DNA of 64,000 nucleotides from Octopus sinensis. Taxonomy: Eukaryota. Positions 42,288 to 55,800 of this stretch are shown here, piece by piece. The notes under the pieces were generated by a model that searched no databases, was not told the DNA's origin, and saw nothing but the letters and a program-made list of their open reading frames with translations. Position numbers and translations under genes: made by a program. The stretch covers positions 17,918,001 to 17,982,000 of the forward strand of contig NC_043014.1 in the NCBI RefSeq assembly GCF_006345805.1. The letters are read 5' to 3'. The number at the start of each line of letters is the position of its first letter. Position 1 is the first letter of the stretch.

Positions 42288-43724
42288 TTCTTGAGATATC
42301 TTGTCCACTGTCAAACAAACAAACACAACAGAAAACAATAACTCCGCCTTCGAGGGCGGAGGTAATAAGAAAATTATAGAAACTTAGTTCTCCAAAGAGG
42401 AGGGGTGCAACCCAAAGGCGACCAAGGATTTCCACAGATTCCGAGTTACTTTACTGATAAAATGTACCATAGCATGCGTGCTCTTGCCTGTACTTTACAA
42501 GCAGCAGGTTCATGTTTAGAGTACGTTCATTCATTGAAACCATTCTCGCCATATTGACCCACCTTTTTACAAATTTAATGGGATGGGAGTGGGAGCAACT
42601 CACTAGTTGAAAAGGAAGGTGCCTGTCTCACGTCCTTTCAGTCGGATCTGCAACACAATGTCATTCGCTAAGGTCACCAGAGAAAGAAAAACTGTCTCAC
42701 TTCCTGGCAATTGTAATAAAAGTTTAAAATTTTAGCACAAGACCAGCAGTTTTAAGGGGATGGAGTAAGTCGATTATATCAACCCCAATGGTCATCTGGT
42801 ACTTATGTCATTTACCCATGAAGGATGAAAGGTCGACCTCGGCGGAATTTGAACTCAGAACATAAAGACGGACGAAATACCACTAATCATTTTGTCCAAT
42901 GTACTAATGATTCTGCCAGCTCGCCGCCTTAGTAATAATAATAATAATAATAATGATTATAACAATAATAATAATAATCCTTTCTACAAATAGGCGCAAG
43001 GCCTCACATTTGCAGGGAAGGGGACTAGTCGATTACATTGATCCCAGTGTTTTACTGGTACTTAATTTATCGACCGTGGCGGAATTTGAACTGAGAATGT
43101 AGCAATGGAAGAAATACCGCTAAACATTTCACCCGGTGTGCTAACGATTCTGACAGCTCGTCGCCTTAATAATAATAATATAATAATAATAATAATAATA
43201 ATAACAACAACAATTTTAGCACAAGGTGAGCAATTTTATGGGAAGAGGGTCAGTCGATTACATCAACCCTAGCACTCGACTGGTACTTTTTTTACAGACT
43301 CAGAAAGGATGAAAGGCAAAGTCAACCTCGTCGAAATTTGAATCCAGAATGTAAAGACAGACGAAATGCCGCGAAGAAGAAGAAGAAGAAGAAGAAGAAG
43401 AAGAAGAAGAAGAAGAAGAAGAAGAACTATAACAATAACAACGACAAAAACTCAGCGATACTGCGAAGAAAATGTTAACCAATCATCTATTATTTTTATT
43501 AGAGAGCAAACACATTGTCAATTAAGCAATCTGTCTTATTTATCTGTCTCTGATAGCATTTAAGAAAGTTACTGGCTAATCAATTCCTTGCGAGTAAGGA
43601 TATTGTTAGCATTATTGAGTAAACACAATCAAAAGTCTCTCTTATATATTTATGTATGTACGTCTGTACGTGCGTGTGTGTCTGTATTTAAGTATGTTTG
43701 CGAATCAGTATTTATGTATTTCTA

Positions 43725-43797
<73 letters not shown>

Positions 43798-44330
43798 TGT
43801 GTGTGTTTATAACGAAGTGCTTGATAGACACAAACATGGTTCTGATACAGTAACCAAATCTTGAAAACATCGGTTAAGTAGGCTGTTGACAAACGTCGAC
43901 GTAGGCCTGGAGTAAGAAATCTCAAGAATATTGTTATTATTGCAAGCATCCTTACTGAAAAATAAATTACTGAAGAGTATTTATGTATATATACATATGT
44001 ATATATATGTGTATGTATGTACATGTATATACATATATGTATGCAAACATCATGAATCTGTATATTGTGTTGTGTGTGTATTTGTGTTTGTGGCTGAGTG
44101 GAGGAATATTGAGGGTATGCATGTCAGCCTGGTATTTCGTCTGCCGCTACGTTCTGAGTTCAAATTCCGCCGAGGTCGACTTTGTCTTTCATCCTTTCGG
44201 GGTCGATTAAATAAATACCAGTTGCACACTGGGGTCGATATAATCGACTTAATCCATTTGTCTGTCCTTGTTTGTCCTCTCTGTGTTTAGTCCCTTGTGG
44301 GTAGTAAAGAAATAGGTATGTATGTCAGCA

Positions 44331-44580
44331 TGTGGAGGCGCGTGGCTTAGTGGTTAGGGTGTCAGCATCTTGATCGTAAGATTGTGGTTTCGATTCCTGG
44401 ACCGGGCGACGCGTTCTGTTCTTGAGTAAAACACTTCATTTAATGTTGCACCAGTCCACTCAGCAGGCAAAAATGAGTAACGCTGCGATGGACTGGCGTC
44501 CCGTCCAGCTGGAGAACACATACGCCATTGAAACCGGGAAACCGGGCCCATGAGCCTGGCTAGGCTTTAAAAGGGTGCAT
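44331..44580 (+). mobile_element. SINE with Meta/V-like core
   Basis: Same core as 34817. Confidence 0.85.
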
Positions 44581-44865
44581 TTATTATTTTTTTTTATGTA
44601 TGTCAGCCTACAGAGTTAAGTAGTCAGAGCAGCAACGAGTCAAGAGTCTAACAGTTCATATTCTGTGACCGGTACTTCGTTGTGTCCGGGTCAAGTCTAC
44701 ATAGCGGTAAAGAGGTACCATATAATGGAGTAGAGTTTCATACTTCTATGACAACTATAATTCAGGTTTCGTTCTATAACTTCTTTGTGGTTGTCGCTGT
44801 TTAGCGCGAGATCAGTCTTGATAGAACAGTTCAGCACGAACACTTTTGTGATTTATTCATGCATA

Positions 44866-44897
<32 letters not shown>

Positions 44898-45695
44898 GTT
44901 TGCCTGTCTGCCTGCCTGCATGTCTCTCTGTCTATAGAACATAATCAAATATGTGAACTTTTCAAAAGAACTGCAGGATGTAATTTGAAGGATATTAGGC
45001 TGATATTTCCAACAGAGTGGGTTAAAACATGGAGGCTAGCGCAGCTTGGAAAACGATGAGGAACTAACTCTCAGATTGGAGGCAGATGAAACAGAAGAAT
45101 GAGAGACTCTGAAGAAATATTAAGGAATCCGTGGAACTTATTTGTTCTGGAATAGTATGAATATATAAAAGCGAATTAAATGTACATAATATATGCATTA
45201 TTACCGTTTCACTGTTATAGCCACCAAAAAATTATTATTTCAATCGCGTTGTATCTCATTAGTTTCTCTGCAGTTTGTACCACGTATGTTAATTTTCTCA
45301 GTCAAACTTAGATTGAACAGAAGAAGATCAAATATGCAAAATTGTATCTATATATAATTTATTACTTGGACAACGGAAAATCTTTTACTCCTCATTAGAA
45401 TAATTTTTCACTAACTCTAATGATTTTACTTATTACGCTTATATTTTCACTTCATTAAAAACTATTTTCGGTTCATCACGTTGTGTACGATAGCCTCAAC
45501 TTTACTGCGTGTGTGAGCCAATACACGCACACACACACACACACACACACGGTAACGTGGAAGCTACCATAGTTGACATGCTGAGCTGAAAATAGTTTTT
45601 AATCACTTGAAATTATAATACAAATGAGAAGCAGATCCATTAGCGCGGAAGGAAAAAAAGTTCTAATGCTGATCAAGGAAGAGAATTTCCATAAT

Positions 45696-46089
45696 TTTTA
45701 CCTCCGTCTAAGCGAAAGTGGAGGTATTGTTTTCAGTCGTATTTGTTTGTTTGTTTGTTTGTCCGTTGACACGATATCTCAATAACCGTTGGATGGATTC
45801 GAATGAAAATTTCAGGGATGTTTTGGCCTCATAACTGGCACGAACTGATTAGACTCCAGTATCAATCCGGTACCGGAGAAGGATTCTAGATTATCTTTTC
45901 TGTTTAAAAAAAATTTTTTTTTTTTTACAAAATTTTGAGAGCAGTCGGGTTCCTTTTTAGTATTCTCGTTTGTGAGAGTAGTCGACTTTATTTCCGATAT
46001 TCTCATTTAAAAAAATCATCTCTGGCTAATCGTTGAGAGGACGTTGGTGTTGCCTTGGCGGAGGTTTGCGCTCTCTGAGTACTCTTGTT
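45696..46089 (+). mobile_element. Helentron/HINE-like non-autonomous element
   Basis: tacctccg..ggaggt subterminal IR, (GTTT)n, 3' ggcggaggtttgcgctctctgagt; TT flanks. Confidence 0.6.
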
Positions 46090-47463
46090 AATATTATTTT
46101 CTGTGCCTGTCGCAGTTATGTTATAGTCTTGTTGATGACACAAGATCAGACATTTTTTATTCAAATTTCACCTTGACTAAATAAACTTAAAGATTCCATA
46201 TAGTGCGTCAGGTGTGTCAGTCGATGACAACTGATAGTCTAATTTGAACAGTCGGAATCCACATTAGTAGTTGATATACTACATCTCACATGGTTGTAAT
46301 GTAACTGATATGTTATTCTATATTAGTTTTTAGTATATTCTTTCATTTGCTTAAAAAATTGCGCCGTGACCGCGCGGTTTCTATGGTATGGTCAACTATA
46401 CATCGACTCCAGGACTTATACTGATGATAAGCGTACGTATATGTTACGCTTCGAATGAAGTGAAACATATACGTAACAAATATGAACGACAAACTGGACT
46501 TGGAAGGGATTTGTAAAACAAAACGTAGAATAACGTAACTGAATATTGGTTTCAAGTTTTCCTACACGGCCAGCAATATCGGTGTGTGTGGGGTGATGGT
46601 AGTGGTGGTGGTGGTTGAAGTGATGGTAAGTCGATTACATCAACCCCAGTGCTTAACTGGTTGTAGAAGTAAAGTCGACCTCGGCAGAATTTGAATTTAG
46701 AACGTCAAGACGGACAAAATATTGTAAAGCATTTTGCCTAGCGAGTTAACGATTCTGCGACTCACCGCCCATCTCCCACCGTAAGCAAATATTAATTTCA
46801 AATTTTGGCACAGGGCCAGCATTAGTGGGTTAGAGCTAAGATGATTACATCAACTTCAGTGCTTAACTAGTACTTATTTTACCGATCCCGAAAGAATGGA
46901 AGGCAAAGTCGACAACGTTGTTATGATGAAAACTTTTTCAAGGCTGAGGAATGAAACAATACTTCCAAAGGTTATATTGATATTGTAAAATATAATGGGT
47001 AAAATCGAAAAAATGTAAATAAATAAACTAATGAATAAAAGCAAAATAGAAATAGATTTAGGAGCAGAAGAAGAAACAAGAAATAGAAAGAAGAAAGGAC
47101 GTATCCTTTACTTGTAGGAAGTTTTTTTAAAAAACTCCATCTCTGCCGAGAAAGGTAATTTTAGAAGAAAATAAAACAGTGAAATGCAGACATGATGTAA
47201 ATGAGATAAAGTTGTAATTTAATTGTGTATGAAACTTGATAGACAGTGATAGATATAAAAGGAAAAAGTTGGGGTAAGAAAAGTATGAGTTTAAGGTATA
47301 AAATAGAAATTCAAGCTGAGATTTTGCTGAAGAGAGATGGTTGTAATAAGATTAATAGGTTTTAAAGAACGAGAGATTTTAAAAAGTATCTTTTAGTTAA
47401 ACATTGGATTTTTGTTTACGAAGTTCACAAATAAATTGTAAATAAATTTAGAAGTCCTTAACT

Positions 47464-47684
47464 TACGAGGGGGTGCTGAAAAGTTCATGACTTTTGGTAA
47501 AAGAAAATACAGTAGGATAAGCTAATTGTGATTTTATTAAACACATTCCTCTCTCTGATTCACACACTTATTGCAGCGGTCCTTCAGTTTTTCTAAGCCC
47601 TGTAAAAGACGACGGAAGTTTGGGCCTCCAGCCATGCCTTCTGCGACACCCTCAAAACCAGGAAGTTTTCAACACCTACTCGTG
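47464..47684. mobile_element. Mariner-derived MITE
   Basis: TA + cgagggggtgctgaaaagttc TIR, imperfect inverse at the right end; second copy at 37452-37640. Confidence 0.8.
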
Positions 47685-48800
47685 TCTTCTTAAAAGTGCC
47701 CTAAAATAATATTTTGCTTAATTTAATTTTTTTTAGAATATTTAACTATTTTAACAATACTAAAAATACATAAAAATACAAAATTATTGCCTCTTATCTG
47801 CAAAAACAAGCGCTTTAAGAGCTCATTTTATTATGTTTTGTGCTAAGTTAAGACATTCTCCGATAAAGTTTGGTTATTCATTTTCATATCATTAGAGCGT
47901 TGAACAAAACGTTTTGCGGTATTTGTTGCGGCTCATTACGATCTGAGTATGATGTAGATATAACAATGTAATATAGGGCGATTTAATAATTTCCATTATG
48001 GGTACAAGGCCTGAAAATTGGGAGAGGGGATTAGTCGATTTCCTCGATCCTAGTAGCTGACTGGTACTTATTTTATCAATCTCGAAAGTATGAAATACAA
48101 AGCCAACTAAAAAGGAATTTGAACTCATAATGTGAAGCTAGAAGGAACACCGCTGAGCATTTTGTCCGGCGTGCTAACGGTTTTACAAGGTCATCGCGTA
48201 TGGGTCAATTCAATTGATTAATGATCTTAAAGTTTCTTGATTACTAATGACACGAGTGAGACCTTATGTATTCACAGAATCTGGAAGGCGTCTGATGAAA
48301 CACCTTGGGATATTCCTTCTTGTTCTTTACATTCGGAGTTCAAATCCCGATGATTTCAACTTCGTTTTTCATCATTTCGGATAAATGAAATAAAATACTA
48401 GGGTCAATATAATCGACTATTCGCTTTCCCCGCAAGTTTCAGGCCTTCTGTGAACGTGAGAGTCAATTACTTGAATGCTATGCTTCAAAACTTGAATTCA
48501 ATTCAGTTCAAAAACCAATCGATAGCTTGATATCCCTCTCACTCATCTAGCACCTTTAATTACTTATATCGATTTACACTAATCACATATTTACTATACA
48601 CTTCACATTAATATTATTTTTTCTGTATTCTATAGGCATCAGTGTGTCGTTCAGAAGTTCGCTCTCCAATCACACAGTTTCAGGTTCACTCCTACCGCGA
48701 GGCACTTATGGCAGTTAAGGTCTACTATATCCACTAGTGGAGCAGTTCCTTGCGAGTGAATTTAGTAGTAGACAGAAACTGAGTGGAAGATCACCGTATA

Positions 48801-48832
<32 letters not shown>

Positions 48833-49100
48833 GCCTCCACCGCTCTACGATAAAGATTCAGTCGAATTAGCTGGTAAATAGTTAGGCATTCCGCTGTGTG
48901 TAGCATGGTCGCATCACTTGAAATTCACGTACAATATCCAGCCCAGGAGCTCCTACATAGTTTCTGTTTACCCGGGTGCATTCAAAACTTAGGGGTCGAC
49001 TGAAAGTTAAAATGACATTTGCACAAGATCTCACATGTTATGCTGAAACACTGGACCTCGTAGTTACGAAGCGTCTTCACTACAGGACCATGCAGCCCCT

Positions 49101-49155
<55 letters not shown>

Positions 49156-49499
49156 TGCTTATATATACTTATCCACACATATGTAACTATATGTGGACTG
49201 GCGATATTTTATCCTCCTTCCTTCTGTTTTTTTTTGGGACATTCCTATGTCACGTGTTTCCGAAAAAGAGCTTTACTCGAAACGTGAAACAGCCGCTCTT
49301 TCTTTCCCTCTCTGAGCGTCTTATTATTACTTTGTATTTACCATATACTCGCGTTGTTGTTTTTCTGTCTCTTTTTTTTATTAATCATATATATATATAT
49401 ATACATACATATACATACATACATACATATACATATATACATGTATTTATATATATCCATATATACGTATTCTGAGCGAAAACACCTTAAGTTCTAAAA

Positions 49500-49745
49500 G
49501 GCTCTAGCTAGGGCTGGTGGCGAATCCTGCTGTATTCTTTCACTACAACTTTCTTTCACTCTTTCTTCCTGTTTCTGTTGTACCTGTATTTCAAAGGGTC
49601 AACCTTGTCACACTCTGTGTCATACTGAATCTCCCCGAGAATTACGTTAAGGTTACACGTGTCTGTGGAGTGCTCAGCCACTTGCACGTTAATTTCACGA
49701 GCAGTCTGTTCCGTTGATCGAATCAACTAGAACCCTCGTCATACC
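49500..49745 (-). mobile_element. Fragment of another SINE-like interspersed repeat
   Basis: gtgaaattaacgtgcaagtggctgagcactccacagacacgtg core; degenerate relative near 54170-54220. Confidence 0.6.
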
Positions 49746-50288
49746 CCTCCCCCACAATGTATGTACATATACATGACAAAAGGACAGGAATATATAGAGC
49801 TCTAAAACCTTTCTGTAACTATGCAAAATAATGATAGATAGATAGAATTTAGTGAGCCTTTGAGACTGCCATCTTTATCTATGGTTGTAGCACGGTTTTT
49901 CGGAATGGCATATGAGTAACAAAGAAATAAAACTTGCAATAAAGTTTTAATATAACTTTCATCCACACACATAAAAATAGAAGTTTTTTGTATATTAAAT
50001 ATGTCTGTTCATGGTGGGACGCATGTTTTTTTGAGAATCGAAGTGTGTCATGGGATAAAAAATCTTGACGTCTCGATAAACACTACTAAAGATTAACTGA
50101 AATATAGCGAGGAAAGAATCGGTGTTTTAGTGAAGGTTAGTAACTGAAGCTTAAACTTTTAGCATTTAAACCAGCCATATCCAGCACAAATATTCTACCT
50201 GTTTTCGGCTCCAACGCTAAAATTACATCATCGAAAAATCGAAACTATGCGATAATGCATACTCAGTTCGAAGCAAGTAATCAGGATG

Positions 50289-50326
<38 letters not shown>

Positions 50327-50339
50327 TCTTAATCCTTTT

Positions 50340-50603
50340 TGCCCATTGTGGAGCATAGGGCCGGTTTCCCGGTTTCCTTGCCGTATAGGTTCTCCACCTG
50401 GACAGGACGCCAGTTAGTTGCAGATGAGCTGCAAGATGCGGGAGGAAAGAGTGAGAGAAAGTTGTGGCGAAAGAGTCAGCAGAAGTTTGCCGTTACCTTC
50501 TGCCGGAGCCGCGTGGAGGGAGCTTAGGTGCTTTGCTCATAAACACACACATCGCCCGGTCTGAGATTCGAACCCGCTGCTGTAACCACTTGGCTATGTG
50601 CCT

Positions 50604-50605
<2 letters not shown>
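50340..50605 (-). mobile_element. SINE with Meta/V-like core
   Basis: Matches 16320-16590. Confidence 0.8.
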
Positions 50606-50642
<37 letters not shown>

Positions 50643-50708
50643 GGTCCCGGGTTGATTCGGGGTTAACCACAGTAAATAAGGTACTCAATACATAGCAGAG
50701 TAAAATTA

Positions 50709-50833
50709 ATTTATTATATAGAAGGAGCTTCTACAGGACTAGAACTGTTTCATTCAAGAGAAATCTTCAGGAAGCTCCTGAAGATTTCTCTTGAATGAAA
50801 CAGTTCTAGTCCTGTAGAAGCTCCTTCTATATA

Positions 50834-50839
<6 letters not shown>
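50709..50839. repeat. Perfect palindrome, 64-bp arms, 3-nt loop
   Basis: Arms checked base by base; flanked by (TA)n. Confidence 0.97.
50724..50778 (-). ncRNA. Type I hammerhead-ribozyme motif in a Penelope-type pLTR-like element
   Basis: ggagcttc-CTGAAGA-tttc tctt gaat-GAAAcag-ttctagtc-ctgTA|gaagctcc: 8-bp stem I, short stem II closed by U.U, 4-bp stem III, GUA site. Confidence 0.65.
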
Positions 50840-50889
<50 letters not shown>

Positions 50890-51399
50890 ATGTGTCACAC
50901 GTACATATATGTAACGTCGTCATGGTTTTCAAACGAAGATCGCAATGCTTCGAAGTCCTAACCAGAAATTATTTCTTGTAGTTTGTATTCGGATAGGCGA
51001 ATAGTCCATCAGTAAAATGCTCGTAATAAATTACTTCCTTTCAAGTGGAACACAGCGGCAGTTCTTGATATTCCTTTTTATCTCCTCCCCATAATTCTCA
51101 TAAAAATTGCTGTGGGTAGGTCTATCATTAAAACTAATGTGCGTTGTCTTAACGAAAGAAAATACTTATTTATATTGATTTCAAATTTTGGCACGAGACC
51201 AGAAATTGCGGGGGAATGGGTAAGTCCATTACAAAGACCCTAGTGTTCAACTAATACTTATTTCATCGACCTCGAACGGATGAATGCAAAGTCGACCGCT
51301 GCATAATTTGAACTCGGAACGCGAAGATAGACAAAATGCGGCTAAGAATTGTTTTCGTTGTTGTTGTCGTTCTTCATTTCACAGGAAGAAATTATTTGT

Positions 51400-51850
51400 G
51401 ATGAGACATGGAGAAGAATGGGCACTAGCAGCAGGTTTCAGCTGCCCAAAACAAGTCCCGTATGTCGACGCAGTCGTCTCGAATCCAAAAGGAAATGATG
51501 ACTCAAAACAAAGCAATGTACCTATTTTGTCAACTCCAGAAAGAGGAAAAAACAACTTCGATCCCAGTTTAAAGAAGAAAAAAAATATTAAACACAGGGC
51601 GTGGGTTGCAGTGATAATCCATAGTCAAACAGAGTTAGCGGTATTATGGTAATATGTTGGCAAGCTTGCGGCTGGATGTGCTTTTGGTAAATACATCGGC
51701 AAACATAGCACTGAGATTATGTATTCATAAAGCCATTGGCAAACAGTAAGTTGACGTTATTGTGATATAATTCCTTTCGGTAAACGTGAATTGGAGTGGG
51801 ATAATGAGAGGGTCAACATAATATCAGCGAAAAAAATCTGTCGGGAAGAA
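51400..51850 (+). mobile_element. Highly decayed R4/Dong-like 3' fragment
   Basis: Frameshifted VSAAQNKS (cf. IAAQDQS) and KKNIKHRAWVAVIIH (cf. KKEYIHRHDRVGTYIH at 24570-24630). Confidence 0.55.
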
Positions 51851-52299
51851 AATTATGTTAATTTAAAACTCGTGTCTGGTTTACACACTCGTAAAATGAA
51901 TAATGTTTCTGCTTACATATCTTTTATGAGATGTGTACAAGTGAAAAGCAAGATTTAATTAATTTTGGAGAAGTAATTCTGATTTCTCTGTACTGGAAAT
52001 ATCTAAAGAAACATACATTAAGTGGCTGTTTAATTCTCTCTAGGTCTAGCTAAATCGATCAAACTTACGATTAAAGACATTCTAACTCTGACCACCCTGA
52101 TTTTTTATATCCGGTTTATATAGATTGGGTCTTCTTTTTTAATATTGCCCACTTTTTACCTATATGTGGAAGCGCAATGGCCCAGTGGTTAGGGCAGCGG
52201 ACTCGCGGCCGGAGGATCGCGGTTTCGATTCCCAGACCGGGCGTTGTGTGTGTTTATTGAGCAAAAACACCTATATTGCAACTAATGAAATATTTCGAG

Positions 52300-52870
52300 T
52301 AATATAAAAGAAATGAAAAGGGGGCGAGCAGGCAAAATCGTTAGCAGGCTGGATAAACACCTGCTGTTGCATTGGAGAAGAGTACAACTGTCGAGCGAAT
52401 CTGTAATAAGGATCGTTCCGCCGACCTCCCTGAATAGGAAAGAGCCAGCCTGTTTTCTCTCGGTAGTTGATGTTGTGAAAGAGGTAGTATGGAAGATGAG
52501 AGTGAAAGGAGTTGCAACAGGCATGTTCATCTCCAGTATCGAGCTAATCGACTTTTTGGTCTTCCACATGGAACGGAAAATAAAGCTGGAGAAGAAATGC
52601 TTGTCGCGAAGTGTATTTCCTAAAAGATGGAAGTCTATAGCAAGTATGTTGCGAGTGAAAGAACCTGCCTAAACGAGAATATAAAAAGGACAAAGCAAAG
52701 TCTTCAGTGTGAGTATGTGGTTTGTGGGGTCAAATTTAATTGTATATATTTTAATTGTTTGTTTATTCATACGTTTCGTCTTATTCGATACCCTGACCCC
52801 AATGTTTGTTTTGTCTGTCCTCGTATCGTCTCCTCTTTTTCTCAACCTCATGATTAATAAAGAAATTGAC
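52300..52870 (+). mobile_element. Diverged Tx1-type LINE 3' fragment
   Basis: RVQLSSESVIRIVPPTSLNRKEPACFLSVVDVVKEVVWK aligns by eye with the C-terminus of the other copies; ends aataaaagaaa. Confidence 0.85.
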
Positions 52871-55800
52871 TGCAATATTCCTGTACTACAAGATAGTTTG
52901 CATGCCGTATTTTTGTAACCATACATTTACGTTTTGCACTGAAGACCGATCACAAGCATAATATATTTGGAGTATTAAATTTGTGGATCATATCAGTTGT
53001 TGGACCGACTAGTCGTCTGGTGTAGGTCTACTGGATGACCACGGATTAAACAACATCACCCACAGCAACAATGCAAGTGTACATTCATTTTTAATGGAAA
53101 CACTCTATAGTGTATGAGTCAAAGATGGAGTCATTATGGATATGCTTAACCAGCCAGAAATTGTAGTCAAAGGTCCTTTTAAAAAACTAAAGATATTTTG
53201 GATAATGTACTCCAAAATAGAGTCTTTAAGAAGAAAAAAAATAAACGAAAATGGACGAGATCATTTCTCAGATCTGCTCGATCAGGGTCTCTTGGGCTAA
53301 ACAACATTTTAATAAACTAACGATAAGAAACGTTGTGAATAACAACAAAAATATTAACAAAATATAAGTAACGAAAATTATCATCTCTCAGATTCAGACG
53401 CTATAACAATTTGATATCAGAGCAAGGAATTACAGCCAAAAATAAATAAATATAATAAAAAGTAAAAATAAAACGGATATGCTAAGAGACAGATATATTA
53501 TTAACTGACGTAAATAGTCTGGAGATATGAACAGTTGAGAGAAATCTTTGGTGAGAAGGGGAGATTAATCTGAAGCTTATTTCAGAAGAAAAGTTTAAAG
53601 AAAAATAATCAAAAAATGGTGGGAGATAACGATGTTTTTTTCTTTTTTCTTTTTGCCGTAGCGCGACCTTCTGACGATAGAAATACTACATATATACTAT
53701 AGTAAATCGAAAACAGACCTAAATTTTCTTGAGATTTTTTTCTTATCTTTTCTTTTCTGACCCTGCTATTTAATTCGTATTGAGTGGTAGTGTGTAAGAA
53801 TACTCAGTTCACTTCGCAACTATAAGCACTCAGGCTCAATCCACCGCATGGCAACTTGGTCAGGTATCGTTCATTACCTGTCACATGGATTCTAATTCAA
53901 AACTATTGTATTGTCACATATTGTAGCTCAATGATTCAACTTGGAACTTATGCTTAGGATAGAGGCGTTTGGGGGAAAACTTAGACATTAACGTGTTAAT
54001 TTAACAAATTCGACTTTTAGTTGATGAAAATTCGAGACTCATCACCGTAACCGACGGAGAATCCTTCTTTACTGTGTGAAAGCAAGTGATAAAATCCTCC
54101 CGCGGAAATCATAAACCAACAATCTAGATGTTTCGTTCACGGAACAAAGTACCCATTGACTTATAGTAAATGTCTGACTGAGTATTCTACAAACCCTTGT
54201 ACCCTTAAAGTAATGGGTGCAAACATGGCTATGTGTTTAAGAAATCATCTCACAAGTATGTGGAAGCTTGAACAGATGATTTCTACCGCACCGTTGGGTC
54301 AACCAAAGTCTCGTGAGTGAAATTTGGGAAACGAAAATAGTGAAAGAACCAGCTTATTAGAGAAACACGTCGTGCAGTTGGGTGGTAAACGTAACCCGTC
54401 ACCAGGTTTAAAACGAACATTTGGCCCATCGGTGTTTTTGAAAAGCTAATACCGCTGTAAATATTCCTATCGGGTCTCCGATGAGAAGATATTGTCTTCT
54501 TTTTCTCCTGCAACTGAGCTTCTCATCAAATCCTACGACAGAATCAGCGTGATAATCTGATCAAAAACAGGCATTCAAACCAAAAGTGAAGTATATGCAT
54601 ATAAACACAGTGTGTGTGTATAATAACGTAGAGAAAACGGGTATAATATTCAATACTCTATACGATATACATGCATTTCACCAATATGCCGTAATAATTA
54701 CATTCAAGTTGTGGAACCATAATGCAAATATAATGTCTGCAATAGATTTATTGCGGACAAGTGAGGAGTAGTGCAAAGTAGCATAATGTTTCTACAACTG
54801 TTAAGAAATTACTGTATGTTGATGAAACGCGTGCATACAACATTGAATAACATACCAGTCTTGTTTATTATGTCTCTTATTAGTCTTGTATCCCGCTCAC
54901 TAACCTATCTCGCAGCTGATGTCCCTCGTCGTACTGCACTGGATACTGTAATGTAGAACCCAGTACTCAGCCCGATCATAGGTTACGTATCATGCTTCAC
55001 TGCACCTTTCCTCCGATGTGTGTGTATTCGCTATCATGACGGGTTAAACAGATTTGTACAACGGCTCTTCGGACTACATACGTCTAATAGACTGGTATTT
55101 GTACATGCAAAACGCTTGGAGTCTCACTCAAAATCTCGGCAATGCACATAAATGTGCGCGCGTGAACGTGTGTGCGCACGCGCGTCACGGCGAATTTCGC
55201 ACATGTTCATTTTAGTCAACACCGAGCTCTTACGCAGTGGAATATGTAGAGGACTTCTTACCTAAAAATAAGTTTTATAATTCGCTCGGTACTTCATATC
55301 AGGACTAATACATCTTTTTACGTACGGTAAACAGCTGAAAGCCAAAAAGATAGACGGAATAATATTCTTTTCTATTCTAGGCACAAGGCCCGAAATTTTG
55401 CGGGGAGGGGTGCAGTTGATTAGATCGATCCCAGTACGCAACTCGTACTTAATTCATTGACTCTGAAAGGAAGAAAGGCAAAGGCGACCTCGGCGGAATT
55501 TGAACTCAGAACATAAAGATAGACGAAATAATATCAAGTATTGACAAGACGGCGAGCTAGCAGAATCGTTAGCACGCCGGACAAAATGCTTAGCGACATT
55601 TTGTTCATCCTTACCTTCTGACTTCAAATTCCGCGTAGGTTAACGTCGCCTTTCATCCTTTCGGGGGTCGATAAATAAAGTAGCTGTTCTGCACTGGTGT
55701 TGATATAATCGACTTAGTTCCTTCCCCAAACTTGCTGGCCTTGTGCCAAAATTTGAAACCAATATTAGGTATTGACTAATACTATCTTTGTTTCCAACGC

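Noticed and set aside
46421-46460. CTGATGA followed by a 7-bp hairpin and GAAT
   Set aside because: GAAA and NUH absent; stems I and III cannot form
51284-51652. KLFVMRHGE resembles the histidine-phosphatase RHG motif and follows a good acceptor
   Set aside because: Downstream sequence lacks phosphatase motifs and matches a frameshifted R4/Dong-like element; the ORF starts in a SINE
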